DNA of 12,475 nt from Myxococcota bacterium (GTDB taxonomy: Bacteria; Myxococcota; JACRCW01). Shown here piece by piece: positions 1 through 7,518 of the stretch; the stretch's first letter is position 1; every line of letters begins with the position of its first letter. The position numbers and the translations under genes are program-made. Under the pieces are notes generated by a model. The model did no database searches, was not told the origin of the DNA, and was given only the letters and a program-made list of their open reading frames with translations. The DNA lies in contig JBFMGU010000298.1 in assembly GCA_040752415.1 (NCBI GenBank), forward strand, positions 1 to 12,475. Direction: 5' to 3'.

Positions 1-197
1 TTTCCGTCGTCATGACAGCGCGGCCCGGGGCTGACCATTGCCGGCCACCTTCACCGCTCACGCAGTGCCGGCAACGGGCAGCCCCTACCTTGCTGTCCGG
101 TCCTCCGTCGCGTTGAACCGGTCGGTCCGGTCGCATCGCATGCCGTTTTCCGTCGTCATGACGGGCGCGGCCCCGGGCTGAGCATTGCCGGCCACCT
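1..197. repeat. Pair of imperfect ~50-nt direct repeats (1-50 and 147-197, 146-nt offset); may be truncated by the window edge
   Basis: tttccgtcgtcatgacagcgcggcccggggctgaccattgccggccacct (1-50) vs tttccgtcgtcatgacgggcgcggccccgggctgagcattgccggccacct (147-197). Both contain the palindrome gtcatgac. Confidence 0.85.
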
Positions 198-217
198 GCG
201 GATGTGCCTCGGCTGCG

Positions 218-300
218 GCCAAGCGTCGTTTCAAAAGAGCCGCACCCAATCTCATTGGCGGGAAGCCAAGAGCGTCGCTTCAAAAGAGCCGCACCCAATC
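218..300. repeat. Tandem direct repeat, 34/36-nt units separated by 13 nt
   Basis: Core agcgtcg(t/c)ttcaaaagagccgcacccaatc at 222-251 and 271-300 (29/30 identical). Each unit begins gccaag (218, 265). Confidence 0.9.
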
Positions 301-675
301 AGGTTGGTCGTGAGCCGGCTTGGTCTCCGCGTCGCGGATGAGGTGCATCACCTCGTCGGCCCGTCGGCTGGAACGACCAGGTGCCATGAGACACTCCTGG
401 CAGCACGGGGCGCGTGATGATGCCGCATCCGGTGGCGCCGCGAGGCGGAGTGTGACGTTGGCATCCCGCCGCGAGCCATCGGCGCAAATGACCCCAAACG
501 CAGCACGCTGACCCTTCCGCCATCCCCTGTCGCGTGGTTGCTGCGTGACGACGTGAAAGCGGGAAGTCCTAACGTGGATGACGCGTTGCAGGAGCCGGGC
601 CCTCCGGGGAAGTCCCGACCAACGATGCAGCAAACCAGGTGCGTCGCCACCGACGCGGCAAGGCCGGTGTTTCAC

Positions 676-1182
676 ATGGACATCCAGGAGAACCAGACCG
701 GTCTGTGCGTGGCGGTGCTGGGCAACATCTTCATGAACGTCTGGGCCGGGGAAGTGACCGTGGCCCGACTGCAACGGGTGCTCGACCTGGAACGTGGCCT
801 GGTGCGCGGCACTCCCGACGGGATCTGCGTGCTCAGCGTGATCCGCAAACCCGGACGGATGGCGACGCTGGGGGATGCAGAACGGGAGTTCGTGGGGAAG
901 TTCGCCGTCGAGATGGCGCCGCACACGCGGGCGAGCTGCTACGTGATCCAGGGCTCCGGCTTCTGGGTGGCCACCGCGCGCACCGTGATCGCGGGGGTCC
1001 AGTGGCTGGCGCCTTCCCGTTTCCCGCAGAACACCGTGAGCTCCGTCGACGAGGCCGCCACCTGGCTCAGCCCACACACCCGGCGCAGCGACGGAGCACC
1101 CATCTCCCCGCGCGACCTCACCGCGCACATCACCGGCGTGCTGGAGCGCCATGACCACTCCCACGCCACGGTGGACGCCTGA
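676..1182 (+). CDS. Hypothetical protein, 168 aa, resembling myxobacterial STAS/SEC14 (SpoIIAA-like) small alpha/beta proteins
   Basis: Lies within ORF 538..1182. GC-rich third positions are evident from about ATG 676. The C-terminal pattern VIQGSGFWVATARTVIAGV...SSVDEAATWL is typical of this family from recall. Start uncertain. Confidence 0.7.
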   Translation: MDIQENQTGLCVAVLGNIFMNVWAGEVTVARLQRVLDLERGLVRGTPDGICVLSVIRKPGRMATLGDAEREFVGKFAVEMAPHTRASCYVIQGSGFWVATARTVIAGVQWLAPSRFPQNTVSSVDEAATWLSPHTRRSDGAPISPRDLTAHITGVLERHDHSHATVDA

Positions 1183-1393
1183 GCCAAACCGCTCGCGCAC
1201 CACTGCAACAACGCACGCTCCCGGGACGTCTCCCACCTTGCGCTGGATTGTGCGGTAACGCGGCCGCGCATGATGGGTGGTTTGTCGAAAGAGCCTCCCA
1301 TGGCTGCGCGTCCGACGTGGCCAGGCCATCTCCCCCTCACGGCCCGGCGGGAGGTGCGCAACGCGGCGGGGACGTCGTAGGGTGCCGCGCCGC

Positions 1394-2062
1394 ATGACCG
1401 AGCAGCAGCCTCCCCGCCCCGACCCGCGCACCTCCCGTCCGCGCCCCAAGCGTTTGCGCCAACACACCAACCCGTTGGCCTTCCAGGGTGCCACCGAGCG
1501 ACCCGACTGGGGCGCCGTCCTCGGTGGCCCGCCCGAGGAGCTGGAGATCGGCTTCGGGCTGGGTGAGCTGCTGCTGCAACGCGCGGCCTTGCGACCGGGC
1601 TCACGCATCTGCGGCATCGACGTGCGCTGGGCCTACGTGGAGCGCGTGCGCGAGGAAGCGGCGCAACTGCCCCGGCCGCTGAAGAACCTCTACTTCGTGC
1701 ACGCGGAGGGGAAGCTGGCGCTCTCGAAGTGGCTGGACCCGGGCACGCTCAAGCACGTCATCGTCTATTTCCCGGACCCGTGGTTCAAGAAGCGGCACGC
1801 CAAGCGACGCATCATCAACCCCGAGGTGACGTCGTTGATAGCGGACCGGCTGGCACCCGGCGGCCTCTTGCACATCGCCACCGACCAGGAGCCGCTGGCC
1901 CACGCGATGATGGAGATCGTCTCGGCGGAGCCGCGGTTGAGGAACGTGGTGGGCCCGGGACGGTTTGCGCCGGAGAGTGCGCTGGGTGCCATGAGCGGTC
2001 GCGAGGTGGAGCACATCCGTCGGGGGGAGCGCATCTGGCGGCTGCTGTTCCGACGGGAGTGA
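1394..2062 (+). CDS. trmB: tRNA (guanine-N7)-methyltransferase TrmB, 222 aa
   Basis: N-terminal RLRQHTNP, SAM motif LEIGFGLG, GIDVR, FPDPWFKKRHAKRRI and HIATD. ATG 1394 chosen because the upstream extension of ORF 1277 looks non-coding. Confidence 0.95.
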   Translation: MTEQQPPRPDPRTSRPRPKRLRQHTNPLAFQGATERPDWGAVLGGPPEELEIGFGLGELLLQRAALRPGSRICGIDVRWAYVERVREEAAQLPRPLKNLYFVHAEGKLALSKWLDPGTLKHVIVYFPDPWFKKRHAKRRIINPEVTSLIADRLAPGGLLHIATDQEPLAHAMMEIVSAEPRLRNVVGPGRFAPESALGAMSGREVEHIRRGERIWRLLFRRE

Positions 2063-2081
2063 TCGCTCGGTGCGTTGGTTG

Positions 2082-2295
2082 GGATCACGAAAAGGGTGAG
2101 TGGGGTGAGCGGCGCCCTGGAGTGCGGTGCGACACGGCTCAGCGCGCCACGACGTGAAGCACCGCCCTGGATCGGGTTCCAACGTCCCTGACAGGGATGC
2201 CAGATCCAGGGCGGTGCTTGGCCGCTTTCACGACGGATCGTGTTTCGCACCGCACTCCAGGGCGCCGCTCAACCCGCACACCCGTTTCGTGATCC
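2082..2295. repeat. Long palindromic intergenic element (REP doublet / REPIN- or MITE-like) between convergent trmB and TPR genes
   Basis: 51-nt inverted arms 2082-2132 / 2245-2295 with 4 mismatches. Perfect 17-nt inner arms 2157-2173 / 2203-2219. Central tccct-gac-aggga hairpin at 2185-2197. Confidence 0.9.
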
Positions 2296-2351
2296 TGCTC
2301 TACGCGGCATGAGGCGCTGCCTTCAATTCCGGCGGGGTTTGCGGGAGCCGC

Positions 2352-5294
2352 TCAACGCGGTTTCCTCAGCTCCTCCTCCAAGCGCGCCACGCTCTTTCCC
2401 GACGTCATCCACTGCGCCAGTTGAGTGTGCGCCCACCGGTACTCGCCATTGGTGCGCGCACCCGTCTCCACCGTGGCGCGGTACCAATCCACGGCGTCAC
2501 GCACGCGTCCCTCGCTGTGCGCCTTGAGGCCCACGTAATAGGCCACCTCGCAGATCCGCTTGGGATTGCCGGTGTGCGCCAGCACCGCGGACTCCTCGAG
2601 TCGTCCCATCATGAAGCGGCCGAGGTCGTCGTAGTAGCCGCGACGCGGACCCTCATAGTGCTTGTTCAACTCCTCGCGGTGCTTCTCCATCAACGCCGGG
2701 GAGCGGGCCGCCGCGGCGGCGCGCATGAGCCAGGCAAAGTCGTCGTGCTCGGTGTTGCCGCTGGGCTCGGCGGTGATTCCCCACAGCAGCGTGTCTTCCC
2801 CCACGCCAAAGGCAAACATCGGGAAGGGAGGATGCAGCGGCGGCGGAACCTGCGACTTGAGCCACGTGCGTGCCGCTTCCTCGCCCTTGGTCTTCTTGAG
2901 CGGGACATAGGCCTGCACCGCCATGTCCAGGCCCTCCATGCCACCCACGCGGACCCGCGAGCCCACCTCGAAGGCCAGGGCGGGAAGCTTCGCGTCGTCG
3001 AACGCCAGCGCGAGCTGGATGAGGTTCCCGGGGGCCGCCCCTTCCGCCACCAGCGCTTCCGTGGCGCGGATGAGCCGCTCCGGATCCTGCGCAAACACCG
3101 ACGCCGCCACCGGCCCCACGCTCCAGCGCCACGCGGTCGTGCTCAGCGGACGGGGCGGATGCGCCAGCGTGGCAGCCGCTCCCTTCACGTCGTCGTGACG
3201 CCACAACACCTCGGCCACGTTGGCCACCTGCTGATCGGAATCCGGGTAACGCGCCAATCCGTCGCGGGCGAGCTTCTCCGCCTCTTCCTTGCGTCCCAGC
3301 GCCGAGAGGATGAGTGAGCCGCGAATCATGGCCGCGCCGTACCGGCTGGGGATGGCGGGCTCCACCACGCTCCAGGCCTCCCGCAGCTGCCCGGTCTTCT
3401 GGAGCAGGCGCGCATGCGCGGTCTGCGCGGCCAGCCCCTCCAGCCCACGCGGAGACGCCTGGCGACGCCATCCCTCCACCACCTTCAGGGCCGCGGCCTC
3501 GTCGTGACGGGCCTCCAGGAAATCCACCAGCACCTTCCACGACGACCACCCCTTGCCGGACTTCTGCACCGCCGCGGCCAGGTGGCGCTGCGCCTCCGCG
3601 GGCTTCAGTTCCTTCGCCTCGACGAGCGCCTCCACGAGGACACGACGCAAGGCCAACGGGAGTGCATCGGAACTTAGCGCGCGCTTCATTCCCGCCCGGT
3701 CCCCGTCGCGGAAGGCCACCCAGCCCACGTCCCTGGCATGATGCTGCGGGCCGCGAGCCACACGCGTCCGTCGGAGCCGTTCCACCATGGCCAGGTCGCG
3801 CAGCCCATGCTCCGCCATGTCCGCCAGGGCATCCAGGTGACTGGAGCGCGTATCCATGCGCGCCACCAGGCGCTTCACCGCGGTGACGGTCGTGGGGTCA
3901 CCCCAGTCCAGGGTGCGCTGCAGGTCCTTGAACGTGTCGAACGACGCCGCCACCCCGAAGCGCGAAGCGCTGCCCAGCTCGGCCAGCAACGTTCCCCGGT
4001 CCGCCTTTCCCCGCTTGGCCTGCGCGCGCTGCTCGAACCACCGCACAAAGTCCGCGAAGGAGGAATCCCTGGCATCCTGCAGCCGCTCCGCCATCTGCTG
4101 CGCCGCCAGTTCCGACGACAATTGCTCCACCACGAACTCCGCACCCGCGTACAGCGCGCTGTACATCCACACCTGGAAGTACGTCTTGCGCAGGCCGCCG
4201 GCGAGGAACGCACCCGGCGCATCACCCTCACGCGCGTCCAGCAACGCGTCATAGGCGTGGAGCACCTTGCCGTCCGTGGGGAGCGGGACGTCCGCCGCCA
4301 CCAGCGCAAACAGCGTGGCCGGGCCATTCGTGGCGAGCTGGCGCCGCGTCTCGAAGTCCGACGCGAGCAACCCGGTGGACAACGTTGCCAGACCGGGGCG
4401 CTTGCCTGCGTCCACCGTCGGCATCTTCAGCTCATTTCGCCCGGTCTCCCGGATGTGCCGCGCCAGCAGGTAGCGGGCCGCATAGGGAGCCTTGCGACCA
4501 TTGCCGAGCTTGCTGAGTGCCTTGGAGTCCTGACGCACGTACGTCGCCACCGGGTCGTTCTTGGGAAGCAACGCGGCGGCCTGCAGCGCAGCGTCGTGGT
4601 AACCGAGGAGACTGGCCAGCAGCGCTTCATCCGCCGCCACCGCCTGGGGATTGCGCGCCCGCGCCAGGGCCACCACCGCCAACGCGCGAGCGAACATCGC
4701 GTCACCGGCGTCCATCGTGTCGGGCAGGTGCGCCACCAGGGACACCATGGCGTGGGAACCCGTCTGCAGGATTCCGTCGTCGTGCTGTCCCGCTTCCCAC
4801 GCCTTTCCCGACGCCACCGCCGCCGCGAGCGCATCCTTCACCGGCATCAAGCCCTTGGCGGTGGGCGCCAAGCCCCGCTTCGCCTTCTTGTCCGACGCGG
4901 CCTCCTCCACCCTCGTCACCTGCTCCAGCAACGCGAAACAATCCGCGAGCGAGGGAACCCCAGGCAGCGTTCCCACGTCGGTGCTGCCATGGCGGATGAG
5001 CCAGTGGTCCTTCTCGAACGTGGCGGTGGCGAGGACGCGGGGCTGACCGGTCTTCAGCGCCATCACGTCGCTGAGCGCGGTGAGGCAACGCGGGTCGGGC
5101 TGGAGGCGGTAGGCGCGCGCCAACGCTTCCCGCAGGTCCACGGGGGCCTGCACCGGCACCGGGGGGTCCTGGACCACCGGCGCTTCCTTCCTGGGCTTGA
5201 TGTGGGTGGGCGGTGGAAGCTCCGTGGATTCCTCCTCCGGGCAACCACCGACGAGAAGCACCAACGGAACCAGGATGCGCGCGCGCGCGGACAT
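2352..5294 (-). CDS. Large TPR-like helical-repeat lipoprotein, 980 aa, with an NlpI-like C-terminal segment
   Basis: Signal peptide MSARARILVPLVLLVGG-C (lipobox-like), Pro-rich linker, Ala/Leu-rich helical repeats (e.g. LSALGRKEEAEKLARDGLARYPDS). C-terminus CEVAYYVGL...A..WYR..V...EYRWA..QL. Start moved from 5369 to ATG 5294. Confidence 0.85.
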   Translation of the reverse strand: MSARARILVPLVLLVGGCPEEESTELPPPTHIKPRKEAPVVQDPPVPVQAPVDLREALARAYRLQPDPRCLTALSDVMALKTGQPRVLATATFEKDHWLIRHGSTDVGTLPGVPSLADCFALLEQVTRVEEAASDKKAKRGLAPTAKGLMPVKDALAAAVASGKAWEAGQHDDGILQTGSHAMVSLVAHLPDTMDAGDAMFARALAVVALARARNPQAVAADEALLASLLGYHDAALQAAALLPKNDPVATYVRQDSKALSKLGNGRKAPYAARYLLARHIRETGRNELKMPTVDAGKRPGLATLSTGLLASDFETRRQLATNGPATLFALVAADVPLPTDGKVLHAYDALLDAREGDAPGAFLAGGLRKTYFQVWMYSALYAGAEFVVEQLSSELAAQQMAERLQDARDSSFADFVRWFEQRAQAKRGKADRGTLLAELGSASRFGVAASFDTFKDLQRTLDWGDPTTVTAVKRLVARMDTRSSHLDALADMAEHGLRDLAMVERLRRTRVARGPQHHARDVGWVAFRDGDRAGMKRALSSDALPLALRRVLVEALVEAKELKPAEAQRHLAAAVQKSGKGWSSWKVLVDFLEARHDEAAALKVVEGWRRQASPRGLEGLAAQTAHARLLQKTGQLREAWSVVEPAIPSRYGAAMIRGSLILSALGRKEEAEKLARDGLARYPDSDQQVANVAEVLWRHDDVKGAAATLAHPPRPLSTTAWRWSVGPVAASVFAQDPERLIRATEALVAEGAAPGNLIQLALAFDDAKLPALAFEVGSRVRVGGMEGLDMAVQAYVPLKKTKGEEAARTWLKSQVPPPLHPPFPMFAFGVGEDTLLWGITAEPSGNTEHDDFAWLMRAAAAARSPALMEKHREELNKHYEGPRRGYYDDLGRFMMGRLEESAVLAHTGNPKRICEVAYYVGLKAHSEGRVRDAVDWYRATVETGARTNGEYRWAHTQLAQWMTSGKSVARLEEELRKPR

Positions 5295-5490
5295 GAGCCC
5301 CCCAGGCACGAGATACCGTTTAGCTTGAGCGTGAAAGTGAGTCCCACACCTTCGCCGCGGACGCAACAACGCTATGCGCCACGACGCCGCAACCCTTGCG
5401 CACCCGGACGAAGCGGCGGCGAATCAGGCTATGGACGGGACGGGAGGACGCGGGGCCCCGAACCCAGGAGGCCAGGGCCCGCGCACGTCG

Positions 5491-6585
5491 TCACTGCGGC
5501 AGGGAGGCGGGCGGGCCGGCGTAGGTGCTCTTGCCGTTGAGCCCCTCGATGAACGCCTTGAGGTCCGCCACCTGCTCGGGCTTGAGGTCGTGCGGCTTGA
5601 GCAGCGGGTCCAGGTTGGGGTTCTTCTTCCCGCCCTGCGCCATCACCGTGATGGCCTCCTCCAGCGTCTTGGCGCTGCCGTCGTGGAAGTACGGACCGGT
5701 GCGCGCGGCGTCGCGCAGGGAGGGTGTCTTGAACTTGCCCTTGTCCGCCTCGTCCTTGGTGGCGTCGGTGCGGCCCTTGTCCAGCTTGTCCTCCGCCGCC
5801 TCCATCCCGATGCCCACGTTGTGGAAGCCCGTGTCGGTGAACAGCGGCGGCACGTGGCACTGCATGCAGCCCGTCTCCTGGAACAGCTTCCAGCCGCGCT
5901 GCTGCTGCTCGGTGAGCGCGGCGGCCTCCCCCTTGGTGAAGCGGTCAAACGCGCTCTCACCGTTCTTCAGCGTGCGCAGGAACGCGGCCAGGGCCTGCGG
6001 GATGTTGTCGGCGGTGGCCTCGGCGTTGAAGGCCTTCTGGAACATCTCCTGGTAGCCGGCAACGGCGTTGAGCTTCTTGGCAATCTCCGCCGGCTCCGCG
6101 CCCAGCTGGCCCTTCCACGCCGCGTTGCTCACCGCTTCCAGCGTGGGCATGCGGCCATCCCAGTAGAACAGCCTGTGGTAGCCGACGTTCTGCAGGTTGG
6201 GCGCGTTGCGCTTGTTCATGCCGCCGCCCACCTTCGCGTCGACGGGATTGGGCGTGGCCCAGCCCTTGTCCGGCAGGTGACACCCCACGCAGGCCATGGA
6301 GTCATCCTTGCTGAGACGCTTGTCGAAGAAGAGCGCGTGGCCCAGCGCGACCTTGGCGGCGGTGGTGGGGTTGTCGGCGCTGTCGGGCAGCTCCGGCAGA
6401 CCCAGCGGCGTGGGGACCGCGGCAGCAGCCACCGCGGCGCCACCGGCGGGCGTGGCGGGAGCAGCGGGAGCGGCAGCGGGAGCAGCAGGGGTGGGCGCGG
6501 CGGCGGGCGCGGGAGCGGGCTTCTCCGCCTTGCACGCGGCCAGCAGCGCCAGCGCCAGCAACGACGAGAACAGCGACGTGCGCAT
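5491..6585 (-). CDS. Diheme cytochrome c peroxidase/MauG-family lipoprotein, 364 aa
   Basis: Two CxxCH motifs (CVGCH 6277-6291, CMQCH 5854-5868), LGHALFFDKRLS, RNAPN, WDGR, FKTPSLRD and PYFHDGS. Lipobox LAAC followed by an Ala/Pro tether. AAGGAG RBS 6 nt upstream of ATG 6585. Confidence 0.93.
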   Translation of the reverse strand: MRTSLFSSLLALALLAACKAEKPAPAPAAAPTPAAPAAAPAAPATPAGGAAVAAAAVPTPLGLPELPDSADNPTTAAKVALGHALFFDKRLSKDDSMACVGCHLPDKGWATPNPVDAKVGGGMNKRNAPNLQNVGYHRLFYWDGRMPTLEAVSNAAWKGQLGAEPAEIAKKLNAVAGYQEMFQKAFNAEATADNIPQALAAFLRTLKNGESAFDRFTKGEAAALTEQQQRGWKLFQETGCMQCHVPPLFTDTGFHNVGIGMEAAEDKLDKGRTDATKDEADKGKFKTPSLRDAARTGPYFHDGSAKTLEEAITVMAQGGKKNPNLDPLLKPHDLKPEQVADLKAFIEGLNGKSTYAGPPASLPQ

Positions 6586-6624
6586 GGTCATCTCCTTGAC
6601 GATGGGTTCCGGGCAGACGCGCGC

Positions 6625-6653
6625 ATAGGAAATCCCCGCGCCCGCGCTGTCAA
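6625..6653 (-). promoter_or_regulatory. Candidate sigma70-type promoter for the cytochrome c peroxidase gene
   Basis: Minus strand reads TTGACA (6653-6648), 17 nt, then TCCTAT (6630-6625), about 40 nt upstream of the start codon in a divergent intergenic region. The -35 is perfect and the -10 is weak. Confidence 0.4.
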
Positions 6654-6696
6654 GGACGCGGTGAAAAAAAAGCGTGGTGCTGCTAGTGGTGCCGCG

Positions 6697-7518
6697 GTGT
6701 CGACGAGCCACACCGCCCTGCCCCAGTCCGGTCCCGCCTTCGAGCGTGGGCTGTGGGCCAGCAACCTGTGGCGCGCCTACGACGGGGTTCCCGCGCTGCG
6801 CGGCCTCTCGCTCGCCGTGGCGCCGGGGGAGGTGGTGGGCCTGCTTGGTCCCAACGGCGCGGGCAAGAGCACGGCGCTGCGCATCATGTGTGGCCTGGCG
6901 CGCGCCGACGAGGGTCGCAGCCGCGTCTCCGGCGTGGAGGTTGCCGAGGAGCCGGAGCGGGCGCGCGCGCGCATGGGTTTTTTGGCGCAGGACACGCTGC
7001 TGTATCCGCGTCACACCGTCGAGGAGACGCTGCGCCTGTTCGCGGCGCTTCATGATCTCGAGCACGCGCGCGTCGACGCGCAGGTGGCGCGCTGGCTGGA
7101 CCGCTTGCAGCTGCACGTCCTCAAGGAGCGTCGCGTGGGCACGCTCTCCAGCGGGGAGCGACAACGCGCCAACCTGGCCCGCGCGCTGGTGCATGAGCCG
7201 GACGTGGTCATCCTCGACGAGCCCACCACCGCGCTGGACCCCGAGACGGTGGACCTGTTGCTGCGCACCATCCAGGAGCTGCGCGCCGAGGGGAAAGCGG
7301 TGCTGCTGTGCACCCACGCCCTGGCCGACGCGGAGCTCGTCGTGGACCGCGCGGTGCTCATCCACGCCGGGCGCGTCATGGCGGAAGGCACCGTGAGCGA
7401 GCTGAAGGCCGCGGCCCAGGCGCATTCCCTCACCGACGCGTTCCTCAAGGTGGTGCGCGCGGCCAAGTCCGAACCTGCCTCGTCGTTGTCCGCAACCGTT
7501 GCCGGAGGAAATCCATGA
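6697..7518 (+). CDS. ABC transporter ATP-binding protein (NatA/CcmA-like ABC-2 exporter type), ~273 aa
   Basis: Walker A GPNGAGKST, Q-loop FLAQD, signature LSSGERQR, Walker B VVILDEPT, H-loop CTH. GTG 6697 is a provisional start. Confidence 0.92.
   Translation: MSTSHTALPQSGPAFERGLWASNLWRAYDGVPALRGLSLAVAPGEVVGLLGPNGAGKSTALRIMCGLARADEGRSRVSGVEVAEEPERARARMGFLAQDTLLYPRHTVEETLRLFAALHDLEHARVDAQVARWLDRLQLHVLKERRVGTLSSGERQRANLARALVHEPDVVILDEPTTALDPETVDLLLRTIQELRAEGKAVLLCTHALADAELVVDRAVLIHAGRVMAEGTVSELKAAAQAHSLTDAFLKVVRAAKSEPASSLSATVAGGNP

Noticed and set aside
1..197. CRISPR repeats
   Set aside because: About 50-nt imperfect units with a 96-nt gap, outside normal CRISPR geometry.
218..300. Mini CRISPR array (reverse strand of copy 1 contains TTGAAAC)
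   Set aside because: Only two units, a 13-19 nt spacer that is too short, similarity continuing past the GAAAC, and no cas genes in the window.
1288..1295. aaagagcc upstream of trmB matching the core of the 222/271 repeats
   Set aside because: Only 8 nt of identity, insufficient to call a shared site.
2060..2295. Selenocysteine read-through of the trmB TGA via the downstream hairpin
   Set aside because: TrmB is already complete at this stop, and the hairpin belongs to the palindromic repeat family rather than resembling a bacterial SECIS.
5449..5483. Intrinsic terminator after the peroxidase gene (cgcggggccc/gggcccgcg)
   Set aside because: Bulged stem, long loop and no U-tract; such GC pairings arise easily by chance.
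3738..5540. Long alternative ORFs (600 aa here; also 280..1617, 2421..3317, 7050..8777, 9454..10278, 10325..11263, 11279..12454)
   Set aside because: Arg/Gly/His-rich shadow frames overlapping well-supported genes, as expected from stop-codon scarcity in high-GC DNA; no recognisable motifs.
6420..6520. gcgggagc-type short repeats
   Set aside because: They encode the Ala/Pro-rich lipoprotein linker and are not an independent DNA element.
6586..7425. 280-aa N-terminal extension of the cytochrome c peroxidase ORF
   Set aside because: It is antisense to the ABC ATPase; the RBS and lipoprotein signal place the start at 6585.
5374..7518. 714-aa fusion ORF ending in the ABC ATPase
   Set aside because: The first ~440 codons are the antisense shadow of the cytochrome c peroxidase gene; only the part from about 6697 has ABC motifs.
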